Source: Bacteroidota bacterium (GTDB lineage Bacteria; Bacteroidota; Bacteroidia; Bacteroidales; FEN-979). From it: DNA of 64,000 bases. Shown here piece after piece: positions 1 to 7,855 of this stretch. The stretch spans positions 9,460 through 73,459 of the forward strand of contig JBAXOB010000015.1 in the NCBI GenBank assembly GCA_037133475.1, given 5' to 3'. Position numbers and translations under genes: made by a program. The notes under the pieces were generated by a model. It had not been told where the DNA came from. It searched no databases and was given only the letters and a program-made list of their open reading frames with translations. Positions within the stretch are counted from its first letter, which is position 1. The number at the start of each line of letters is the position of its first letter.

Positions 1-469
1 TGCTTTTGGTACCTAGAGAATAGCGGCCTAACGTATTTGGATAAAACAAATGATGTTCGTTGTATAATGTCATCGACCAAAAACCTTTTACAGGTGGCTC
101 TTGTCCTTTCGGGAAGGTAACGGTGTAATTATACTTGCCATTCAATTGCTCTCCCTTGCTGTCAATGTCACGATAAATGTATTTTGTTTCATTCGGTTTA
201 TTATCATACATGTTAGATTTTGCTGTTGCAGTGCGCAGAATATAATCGGTGCCCCACTGGGCATTATTTACCGGTGAATTCCAGCCATTCCCAGCCGGGC
301 GACCGTTTAATTTCCATTGCGTGAGGGGAGCAATCATTTCCTTGTCGGCAGCAACAAAAGATTCTGTCAAAGCCTTCTTTATTTCGGGGTCTTTTTCTGC
401 TGCTTCAAACACCGAACTAATCCACTTATATATGGCTTCTTCACCCGGGAGTGGCGGCACCAGTTTCAT
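1..469 (-). CDS. DUF1214-domain protein, 3' end outside window (stand-alone or truncated paralog of 1512..2930)
   Basis: My own minus-strand translation from the ATG (complement of 467-469) reads MKLVPPLPGEEAIYKW...GTDYILRTATAKSNMYDNKPNETKYIYRD...PPVKGFWSMTLYNEHHLFYPNTLGRYSLGTKS and stays open to position 1. The GFWSxTxY...RYS block parallels FWSVTMYE...NPINRYLINS in the neighbouring full-length protein. An in-frame TGA sits directly upstream of the ATG, so there is no DUF1254 half. It is absent from the ORF track because it has no stop in the window. Confidence 0.55.
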   Translation of the reverse strand, partial: MKLVPPLPGEEAIYKWISSVFEAAEKDPEIKKALTESFVAADKEMIAPLTQWKLNGRPAGNGWNSPVNNAQWGTDYILRTATAKSNMYDNKPNETKYIYRDIDSKGEQLNGKYNYTVTFPKGQEPPVKGFWSMTLYNEHHLFYPNTLGRYSLGTKS

Positions 470-719
470 CACACCCGGGTGTTCAGCACTTCAGGCAGAT
501 ATTTTTCATTTCCTTCTTTGGAATTTATGGAAGCATTTGGACAATGACTGATAAGATTTTGTATCCGAATAATTCCACTTCAGCAGTAAATACTGACTTT
601 CCATTGAATTGAAAGGTGCATTCCATGCCAGGAAACCTGTTAGATTTACTGTTCAGCCGGGACAATTCCAATATCGACACACAACCGGCAAATCAGCTTA
701 CCCGGGTTGTGCGGTAATA

Positions 720-1415
720 TTAATGTCCCGCAGCTTTTTTAAAGCCTGAATTCTCAATCACAATTTTAAGCTTTTTCGCCTGAGCGTCAAGTGTGGTATT
801 ACCAGCATATTGCGTACCATCGGGAAGATTGTTGTAATTGATATTGAAAACAACCTTTTCTTTAGGATCATCCACGGAGGTACTTACCGATGCACCAATT
901 ATTTTTTGATTTACCTTATCAATTGAAAGAGCAAGCAAATCTCCAGGCTCAGAATAGTCGGGGAAACTGAGTTTAAACTTTTTACCAGGTTCGAGGACCT
1001 GGATCGAGACTTTCCCGTCCGCATAGATTTTTTGAATCTTATCAGGATTCGGAGGCAAATAAGTTTGAATTTTCGCAATGGCTTTTTTCATGTAATCTGA
1101 CAATTCGGCCTTTTTATTGGCGATAATCTTTCCCCGGAGACCGCCAGGTGTTTTTTCTTTGGTCGTTGCACCTGTTTCAACTTTGGTAAGTTTTCCATCG
1201 ACACTGTAATAACATTGATTCTGTTTCAAAGATTTCTGCTCACCATCCATGAAGGTAGTCGTTGTTTCAATCCATTCATAATTCTTGATTTTCTCCCTGC
1301 TGTCGGCAAGGTTTTTTTTAATCATCCCGATGGTTTCCTGCAGGTCGGCTTGTGCAAACAGTCCTGATGCACACGAAATCAGGGCGATAGTTATCAAAAG
1401 ACAAACTTTTTTCAT
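720..1415 (-). CDS. lipoprotein of unknown function
   Basis: ATG start. The N-terminus MKKVCLLITIALISCASG has a lipobox-like Cys after a hydrophobic signal. The rest is Lys-rich and soluble with no recognisable catalytic motif. Confidence 0.7.
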   Translation of the reverse strand: MKKVCLLITIALISCASGLFAQADLQETIGMIKKNLADSREKIKNYEWIETTTTFMDGEQKSLKQNQCYYSVDGKLTKVETGATTKEKTPGGLRGKIIANKKAELSDYMKKAIAKIQTYLPPNPDKIQKIYADGKVSIQVLEPGKKFKLSFPDYSEPGDLLALSIDKVNQKIIGASVSTSVDDPKEKVVFNINYNNLPDGTQYAGNTTLDAQAKKLKIVIENSGFKKAAGH

Positions 1416-1511
1416 TTTGATTTGTGTTTAGGTTAATACTAAATTGAATGATGACTAAAAAAAATCATGCTTAAAAATTGTTTCCGGAGCACTGCCGTCA
1501 ATTTCTTGATT

Positions 1512-2930
1512 TCACTTAACAAGTTCCATCGGGGGCTCTTTCCAGGTTCCATTGATTGCTTCATCCTTTGGCCAATAGAGCCTCATCACAGCCATAAACG
1601 GCCCTTTTGGCGCAGGGAGCCAGTTGTTCTCTTTTAATTTCCCAGGGGATTCACGCTGGACATACAGGGTGATTCCACCGTCATTGTCACGTTTAATAGT
1701 CGGAAGCATCGGAGAGTTGATAAGGTACCGGTTGATCGGATTGGCGACAAGAAGACTCTTGGGCAATTCATACATGGTGACTGACCAGAAGGCATTGACC
1801 GGGGGTAACTGGTCAGCTCTGAAGTGAAGGGTATAACGGTTTTTTGAACCATCAAGAATCTGCCCGGAGGCATCCGTTTTATAAATGGGATACATGGCTT
1901 CCTGTTTGGAATTCCCGAAAATGCCAAGGACAGCCGCAGTATAACGGTAGAGGTAGTTGTTATTCAGAAATTCCCTTGTACCGAACAATTGTCCGCTTGT
2001 CACCTTTCCGGTCATGATACTTGTCTCCTGGAAATCCTTCAAATCTTTCCATGCATCCTTCATCCCTTCTGCTATCGCTTGTTTCACTTCCGGGGAAAAC
2101 TTTTCAGGGTCAAATTTCTGACCGGGACCAATACCAATTTTAGCAAAACGGGCCATGAGTTCCTTTTCGGCAGGATTCGCAGGACAAAACTGTAACCAGA
2201 AGTTCAGTTCATCAAAGAATGCCAGGGATGTTTTTTGATCATCAACGGATATCGGTTTAAGGAACTCAATCTTTGGCGCCGGGGAGGGAACAGGTTTGCC
2301 TAAAAACGCTGAGAGTGTCTGAACTTTATATCCATCCTGGATTTTCTTTACGTTATCAAGGTCGGCAGGATTAAAAAGTTGTGTCCTGAAGGCTGCCAAA
2401 GCAAATTCCGTTTCCGACCTGATTACCTTATTGATCCCGGCGGGTGTTTCACCATTCCAACCTGGACCTGCAACCATGAAATTGCCCCCATCGTTTCCTG
2501 TGGTACGACTGCCAAAGTAACCAAAATTGAATGTATAGCAATCAACCAGCTGGATGGAAAAATACCGGTTTTTATCAATCTGAGGTACAGTAATAACAAT
2601 GGGTTCGGTTCGTAAATCCATACCCAGCATTGAATATGGCGTATCCGAGTTAGGCGTCTGAACCGCCTTGTCTTCCGGAGTAAAGACCCGTGCAATATTA
2701 CGTATTTGGTTAAATGGAGCTTTAAACTCAGGATTGTTGCTGTCGATGAAATATGCATAAATAATCCGATAGCCATCTACCATGGGAAACCCGTAAATAT
2801 AGGCTTCTTTAGCGATTGATCTCGCCTCCTCCGGTGTTACTTTGTTCTTCACGCCGGAACAACTTATCAGAACTCCTGTCAAAACCAGGAGACTTACCAT
2901 AAAGGGAATGGGGTTGATTTTGTTTTTCAT
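1512..2930 (-). CDS. DUF1254/DUF1214 domain-containing secreted protein
   Basis: 472 aa with a signal or lipoprotein N-terminus (LVLTGVLISCSG). DUF1254-type block: AYIYGFPMVDGYRIIY...TPNSDTPYS. DUF1214-type block: AFWSVTMYELPKSLLVANPINRYLINS. Confidence 0.8.
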   Translation of the reverse strand: MKNKINPIPFMVSLLVLTGVLISCSGVKNKVTPEEARSIAKEAYIYGFPMVDGYRIIYAYFIDSNNPEFKAPFNQIRNIARVFTPEDKAVQTPNSDTPYSMLGMDLRTEPIVITVPQIDKNRYFSIQLVDCYTFNFGYFGSRTTGNDGGNFMVAGPGWNGETPAGINKVIRSETEFALAAFRTQLFNPADLDNVKKIQDGYKVQTLSAFLGKPVPSPAPKIEFLKPISVDDQKTSLAFFDELNFWLQFCPANPAEKELMARFAKIGIGPGQKFDPEKFSPEVKQAIAEGMKDAWKDLKDFQETSIMTGKVTSGQLFGTREFLNNNYLYRYTAAVLGIFGNSKQEAMYPIYKTDASGQILDGSKNRYTLHFRADQLPPVNAFWSVTMYELPKSLLVANPINRYLINSPMLPTIKRDNDGGITLYVQRESPGKLKENNWLPAPKGPFMAVMRLYWPKDEAINGTWKEPPMELVK

Positions 2931-3368
2931 GACGAGGATATTTAGTTTTTCTTGTTTAATAACGTATTGAAAACAAAAATAAAAAGAAGTTAAAAAAAAT
3001 CAAAAAAAATCAAGCCTCGAACAGCCATAAATTATCATTCACGGTTTGCATGCAAGTTGTGAAAATGGCAAGTTCAGGTATCAAAGTTAATTTCTTGCAG
3101 TCAGCTCAAAGTCAGCACGTTGCCAAAGCATGACGCAAAGCGATTGTATAGACTTAACTGCCTGTGGTTATTTTTGTAATAGGTGAAATTACAACAATAT
3201 CGATACTTTAACCGGGCAACTGTAAAAAAGCCTGACAGATCGCTCCGGCAGGCTCTTCGACTAACCTTCTTATGAAAACAGCTAAAATACTTCCCGCAAT
3301 ATATGACAGGCAGGTTGGGATCCATCAGCAGGACCTCTTCATAAAAGGCCATCGGCGAACAATGCTGG

Positions 3369-3875
3369 TCACGATCGGTCCATGACACTGGTTTCATTTT
3401 CATCCACGCGCTGCGTCATATCAGTTTTAACAGATTGTTCCGGGTTGACCGGCAAATCGCCATTTCTTCTGATCAGAGACTCAAGCGTGGCGCTTTCCAG
3501 CTTTTCAAAAGTGGTATCCCTGATCTCCTTAAACACCTTACGGATATTGCAGGCGGTTTCATCTTTGCAAAATTCGCATGACTGGTAGGCCTTTTCCGAC
3601 ACGCACGACAACAGGGCGATCGGTCCTTCAAACTGGCGGACAATCTCCGCTAAATTGACATCCTTCGGGTGACGCAGTAAAAAATAGCCCCCGGTCTTGC
3701 CCAGTTTACTTCCCAGGATACCCATCTTTTTCAGTTCAAGCAGGATGTTTTCAAGGAAGCGCTGCGGCAGCATTTCACTTTTGGCCAACTCGCTGATCAG
3801 GATGGCCCCGTTGCCATATTCACGGGCCAGCCTTGTCAGTGCAACCATTGCATATCTTGTTTTCTTGGAGAGCAT
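3369..3875 (-). CDS. Rrf2 family transcriptional regulator (cluster-binding type)
   Basis: N-terminal wHTH signature MLSKKTRYAMVALTRLAREYG. Cys cluster SCVSEKAYQSCEFCKDETAC (C-x8-C-x2-C-x5-C) lies where IscR/NsrR-type Rrf2 proteins ligate Fe-S. Confidence 0.85.
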   Translation of the reverse strand: MLSKKTRYAMVALTRLAREYGNGAILISELAKSEMLPQRFLENILLELKKMGILGSKLGKTGGYFLLRHPKDVNLAEIVRQFEGPIALLSCVSEKAYQSCEFCKDETACNIRKVFKEIRDTTFEKLESATLESLIRRNGDLPVNPEQSVKTDMTQRVDENETSVMDRS

Positions 3876-3885
3876 AGCGACTGTT

Positions 3886-4590
3886 TTAGCCTTTTTTACT
3901 GATTTCCTTTAACTTATCCAAATCCTGGATGATGATCTTCCTCCCTTCGAAGCTGATCAGCCCCTCCTTGTTGTAATTGGACAGTACCGAAATGACATTT
4001 TCGTGGGAACAGGCGGCGAATTCGGCAATCTCCTTCCGCGTTAGGGTGAAATTGTATTCCGAATCCCTGTAAACAGTTTCCCAGAGAAAGACCAGGATGT
4101 CGGCAATCCGGCCATACACATGGTTGTGCGCAAGGCTGATGAAATTGAAGATCGACGACTGGAACATATCCGAAGAGCGTTCCACGATGGCCAGCAAAAG
4201 TTTCCCGTGGTTTTCCAGTACCCCCATCACATCCCGGTTGTCGAGGAAACAGATGTCGCAGTCCTCCACCGCGATAATGGAAAAGATATTCCGCTCCTTG
4301 AAAAACAGGTTGGCTTGGCCGATCAGTTTCGGTCCTGAAACCACGGTCATGATGTAATTCTTTTTGGGATCCTTCTGGTAGGTAAACTTGACAATCCCTT
4401 TGTGCAGGAACCCGATGCTGGTCGAGCTGGCTCCCTGTTTGAGGATCGACTCCCCCTTTTTAAAACTCAGCTGGGTTGCCTTTCCGCAAATTGTTTTACG
4501 CTCCTCTTCACTAAGCGAAAGCATGCCCAGCCTGGTGATGAAGCAATTGCTGCAGTCAAACTGAGCGTATGGGTTTCCGGTGAATTCCAT
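3886..4590 (-). CDS. Crp/Fnr family transcriptional regulator
   Basis: cNMP-binding-like beta-roll (FKKGESILKQGASSTSIGFLHKGIVKF) plus C-terminal HTH (LTRKEIAEFAACSHENVISVLSNYNKEGLISFEGRKIII). It has N-terminal Cys C13-x2-C16 and additional Cys residues. It lies 10 nt upstream of the Rrf2 gene on the same strand. Confidence 0.85.
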   Translation of the reverse strand: MEFTGNPYAQFDCSNCFITRLGMLSLSEEERKTICGKATQLSFKKGESILKQGASSTSIGFLHKGIVKFTYQKDPKKNYIMTVVSGPKLIGQANLFFKERNIFSIIAVEDCDICFLDNRDVMGVLENHGKLLLAIVERSSDMFQSSIFNFISLAHNHVYGRIADILVFLWETVYRDSEYNFTLTRKEIAEFAACSHENVISVLSNYNKEGLISFEGRKIIIQDLDKLKEISKKG

Positions 4591-4619
4591 AACATTTAAA
4601 GCTTTAGTATAAAATATTT

Positions 4620-4640
4620 AATATTCCGGTATCGAATATT
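4620..4640. promoter_or_regulatory. perfect 7-7-7 palindrome AATATTC-N7-GAATATT in the divergent control region (candidate operator)
   Basis: Read directly: aatattc cggtatc gaatatt. A third AATATT copy lies at 4613-4618. It sits between the divergent crp/rrf2 and ATPase operons. Confidence 0.35.
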
Positions 4641-4645
4641 AAGGG

Positions 4646-4653
4646 CAAATGTA
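4646..4653 (-). promoter_or_regulatory. candidate Bacteroidota -7 promoter box (TACATTTG) for the crp-rrf2 operon
   Basis: Matches the TAnnTTTG consensus on the minus strand, about 55 nt upstream of the ATG at 4590. Confidence 0.35.
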
Positions 4654-4671
4654 CATTAAATTGGTGAACAT
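4649..4671. promoter_or_regulatory. imperfect inverted repeat ATGTACA-N9-TGAACAT (candidate operator)
   Basis: 6 of 7 arm positions are complementary. It overlaps the minus-strand -7 box and lies just upstream of the plus-strand -7 box. Confidence 0.25.
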
Positions 4672-4677
4672 AGTGTA

Positions 4678-4685
4678 TATTTTTG
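4678..4685 (+). promoter_or_regulatory. candidate Bacteroidota -7 promoter box (TATTTTTG) for the ATPase-GTPase-nifS operon
   Basis: Matches TAnnTTTG, 18 nt upstream of the ATG at 4704. It overlaps the TTG at 4683 used by the ORF track, which argues for the ATG start. Confidence 0.4.
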
Positions 4686-4703
4686 CATAAAAAAATTTCT
4701 ACC

Positions 4704-5501
4704 ATGGATGTATATAAAATCAGCGTATTCGGCGGATACGGAAAAGACGGTTCAGAAGAGAAGGTAAACGAATTCAGCCTGGAGGTTGGCGACATTGTCA
4801 GCATTGTCGGGCCGACCGGTTGCGGCAAAACCACCCTGATCAACGACATTGAACTTTTTGCCAACCAAAACACCCCCTCGGGCCGCAGGGTTACCATCAA
4901 CGACGCGCCGGTGCCCGAAGATTTCATCTTCGATCCCTCGAATCATCCCATAGCCCTGATCTCGCAGCACACCAATTTCCTGAGTGACCTGCCCGTGGAT
5001 GAGTTCCTGACGATTCATGCCACGGTAAGGGGCGCGGTTGATGTTGAATCGATCATCGGCGAGACCCTGGATTTCGCCAACGAACTCACCGGCGAGCCGA
5101 TCATGAAAGATATCGCCATGACCGAGTTATCGGGAGGACAAACCCGGTCGCTGCTGATTGCCGATGCAGTGGTTATCGGCAACTCCCCGATCATCCTGCT
5201 GGATGAGATTGAAAATGCCGGTATTCACCGCACCAAGGCGCTGGAATTGCTGAAGCGGTACAAAAAAATCTTCGTATTTGTCACCCACGACCCCTGTATC
5301 GCCCTGATGTCGGATTTCAGGATTGTCATGAAAAACGGCGCCATGCAGCAACTGATCCATACCCGTCCCGAGGAACGGAGGGTTGCCCTGAAGATGAAGC
5401 AGATCGACGACATGATGCTTGACTTCCGCACGATCATCCGCTCGGGGGATGAGCTGACCGAATCAATTTTCAACGAAAATTTCAGCGTATTAACCTTTTA
5501 A
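4704..5501 (+). CDS. ABC-type ATPase with no adjacent permease or binding protein
   Basis: Walker A GPTGCGKTT, Q-loop ISQH, signature LSGGQTRS, Walker B IILLDE, H-loop VTHD. The ORF-track start at 4683 is TTG, so I prefer the ATG at 4704 (MDVYKISVFGG). Confidence 0.85.
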   Translation: MDVYKISVFGGYGKDGSEEKVNEFSLEVGDIVSIVGPTGCGKTTLINDIELFANQNTPSGRRVTINDAPVPEDFIFDPSNHPIALISQHTNFLSDLPVDEFLTIHATVRGAVDVESIIGETLDFANELTGEPIMKDIAMTELSGGQTRSLLIADAVVIGNSPIILLDEIENAGIHRTKALELLKRYKKIFVFVTHDPCIALMSDFRIVMKNGAMQQLIHTRPEERRVALKMKQIDDMMLDFRTIIRSGDELTESIFNENFSVLTF

Positions 5502-5510
5502 CTTTCCCAT

Positions 5511-6212
5511 ATGAAATTAGTAATTTTTGCCGGGCCGCCCACCTGCGGGAAAACCACGGTAATCAGGCAGGTGCTCAAACGGATGGCAGCAAGGCAGATC
5601 AAGGCAGCCTATCTGAAGATCGATGTGCTCTATGCCGACGATGACACCATTATTCAAAAGGAGTTTGGAATCCCTGTAAAGAAGATCTATTCCGGCGAAC
5701 TGTGTCCCGACCATTGCAATGTGGTGGTCCTGGACGAAGCTGTTGAGTGGGCCGATGCGTCAGGAGCCAGCTACCTGTTCGTGGAAACCGCCGGGTTATG
5801 CCTGCGTTGCTCTCCCTATGTGGAAAACTCCCTGGGGATTGTGGTGCTGGAGGCTACCAGCGGCATGAACCTGCCCCGCAAGATCGGCCCCATGCTTACC
5901 CTTGCCGACATCAGTGTCATCACCAAAATCGATCTCATTTCCCAGGCCGAACGCGAAGTGTTCCGTTACAGGGTACTCGAATCGGCAAAAGGGATCACCG
6001 TTGTTGAAAGCAACGCCCTTTACGGCATCGGCATCGACCCTATCGTAAAGCAGATCCTGAAAACCCCCGATATTGAATTTCCCATGTTCCTCAGGGGGAA
6101 TCCTCCCGTGGGTACCTGCACCATCTGTGTCGGGAAAAAGGAGATCGGGTCAAAACATCATTTCGGGGTGCTCCGCACGCTTGATGAAGGTCTTGTTTAC
6201 GTAGGAGAATAA
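5511..6212 (+). CDS. G3E-family (HypB/UreG/CobW-like) P-loop GTPase, Cys-rich
   Basis: Walker A GPPTCGKTT. G3E-type switch block FVETAGLCLRCSP (compare HypB ENVGNLVCP). NKxD-like ITKIDL. Three Cys pairs: CPDHC, CLRC, CTIC. It starts 9 nt after the ATPase gene. Confidence 0.7.
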   Translation: MKLVIFAGPPTCGKTTVIRQVLKRMAARQIKAAYLKIDVLYADDDTIIQKEFGIPVKKIYSGELCPDHCNVVVLDEAVEWADASGASYLFVETAGLCLRCSPYVENSLGIVVLEATSGMNLPRKIGPMLTLADISVITKIDLISQAEREVFRYRVLESAKGITVVESNALYGIGIDPIVKQILKTPDIEFPMFLRGNPPVGTCTICVGKKEIGSKHHFGVLRTLDEGLVYVGE

Positions 6213-6219
6213 CAGGCCC

Positions 6220-7419
6220 ATGACAAAACCCAGGATCTACCTTGACAATGCAGCCACCACCTGTGTGGATGAGCGGGTGATGGAAATCATGCACTCCCTG
6301 TTCACACAGGCTTACGGCAACGCGTCGAGTCTCCATCACTACGGGACGCAGGCAAAGGAACTCCTCGAAAATTCGAGGGCAACCCTGGCAAACTGTATCG
6401 GCGCTGACCCGGATGAAATATTTTTCACTTCGGGAGGAACAGAAGCCAACAATTGGGCGCTGAAGGGCATTGCCCATGCAAACAGGCACAAGGGGAAGCA
6501 CATCATCGTCTCCTCCATCGAGCATGATTGCATCCTGAACACCTGCAAATGGCTCGAAGATGAGGGATTTTTCATCACTTACCTGCCCGTTGACCCTGAA
6601 GGCATTGTCGACCTTGCCGCACTCAAGGAGGCCATCAACCCAAAAACGATCCTGGTTTCGGTGATGCACGCCAATAACGAGATCGGGACCATCCAGCCCG
6701 TCACAGAGATCGGAAGGATTTGCCGCGAACACAACCTTTACTTCCATTCCGATGGCTGCCAGTCGTTTGGTAAAATCCCGCTGGATGTGAATCAACAGTC
6801 AATCGACCTGCTTACCATCAATGCGCATAAGATATTTGGACCGAAAGGTACGGGCGCCTTGTACATCAGGAAAGGGACTGCTATCGTCCCCCTGCTTCAC
6901 GGGGGAGGCCAGGAGGGCGGATTACGTTCCACCACCGAGAATATCCCGGCCATCGCGGGTTTTGCACGTGCCGCCGAATTATGCATGGCCGAGATGGAAC
7001 AGGAGGGCCTGCGTTTAACTTCATTAAGGAAAAAACTTACCGCTTTCCTGTTTTCAAACTTCGACAATGCCTATCTCAACGGGCATGAAGAGAAGCGCCT
7101 GCCGGGCCATTTCAGCTTCAGTTTCCATGGTTTTGAAGGGGAAACCATCAGGCTGCTCTTCCTGCTCGACGAAGCGGGAATTGCCGTTTCGGCAGGGTCA
7201 GCCTGCTCTTCGAACGACCGTTCCCACAGCGCCTCCCATGTACTCCAGGCTATCGGGTTAAATCCATTCGAGGCCAGGGGCGGGATCAGGGTCAGCATGG
7301 GGCGGTTCACCACCGGGGAGGAGATCGACAGGTTCATTGAAAATCTTGAACGGTCGTTCAATAGTCTTACATCGATATTCTCGGGAAACTCATTCATTCG
7401 GGATGAGGTTACCCGTTGA
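6220..7419 (+). CDS. nifS: cysteine desulfurase, NifS/IscS-like (class V aminotransferase)
   Basis: IYLDNAATT N-terminus, SSIEHDCILN, PLP-lysine context TINAHKIFGPKGTGALY, and active-site loop SAGSACSS. Confidence 0.9.
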   Translation: MTKPRIYLDNAATTCVDERVMEIMHSLFTQAYGNASSLHHYGTQAKELLENSRATLANCIGADPDEIFFTSGGTEANNWALKGIAHANRHKGKHIIVSSIEHDCILNTCKWLEDEGFFITYLPVDPEGIVDLAALKEAINPKTILVSVMHANNEIGTIQPVTEIGRICREHNLYFHSDGCQSFGKIPLDVNQQSIDLLTINAHKIFGPKGTGALYIRKGTAIVPLLHGGGQEGGLRSTTENIPAIAGFARAAELCMAEMEQEGLRLTSLRKKLTAFLFSNFDNAYLNGHEEKRLPGHFSFSFHGFEGETIRLLFLLDEAGIAVSAGSACSSNDRSHSASHVLQAIGLNPFEARGGIRVSMGRFTTGEEIDRFIENLERSFNSLTSIFSGNSFIRDEVTR

Positions 7420-7523
7420 TTTTTTTAACCAAAAGAACAATTCCCAAGCCGCCATTGCGCCCTCATCCTGTCAATGCAACCATATATATATTCGGTTTAA
7501 AAACGCACCCAATTACCAAGAAG

Positions 7524-7751
7524 ATGAAAAACACCAATATTTTTACGCAACACCCTCAGCAGGTAAAGATGACCTACCTGCAGCATACCCTGTTTGCGCT
7601 GATGCTTGCCAGGAAAACACTTTCATGCGTATTTGCATCGCTGATCCACGCATTTTTTCCCTTCCTTTTTGTCACCCATACAAGCACAACGATCAGGGAA
7701 TTGAACAAAATCTTCGAAAAACGTTTCGGAGATCCTCCTCCGGCAGGCTGA
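7524..7751 (+). CDS. small membrane protein, DUF6356-like
   Basis: 75 aa from the ATG at 7524: MKNTNIFTQHPQQVKMTYLQHTLFALMLARKTLSCVFASLIHAFFPFLFVTHTSTTIRELNKIF. The pattern F..HP..V..TY..H...A......L.HAF.P.LF....S.TI.EL matches my recollection of DUF6356. The family assignment is from memory only. Confidence 0.5.
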   Translation: MKNTNIFTQHPQQVKMTYLQHTLFALMLARKTLSCVFASLIHAFFPFLFVTHTSTTIRELNKIFEKRFGDPPPAG

Positions 7752-7855
7752 CGGCAGGAAACCCAAGCCTGATGCAAAGCAAAGGCGTCGGCGCCAGTTT
7801 TCAGTGTAGTGAGCACAGTATTAGAAAATTCAACAATAATCATCAATAAAGCAAC

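Noticed and set aside
249-551. Plus-strand ORFs 249..551 and 317..547.
   Set aside because: They are antisense to the DUF1214-like frame, which has clear family similarity. The 249 start is GTG.
3101-3403. 100-aa Cys-rich ORF downstream of, and overlapping, the Rrf2 gene.
   Set aside because: It overlaps the Rrf2 3' end by 35 nt, has an odd composition with no motif, and lies in an A-rich intergenic tract. I cannot exclude a small protein, but there is nothing to support one.
7420-7855. The two 104-nt gaps flanking the small ORF as a duplicated element.
   Set aside because: The two sequences show no similarity when compared by eye, so the equal length appears coincidental.
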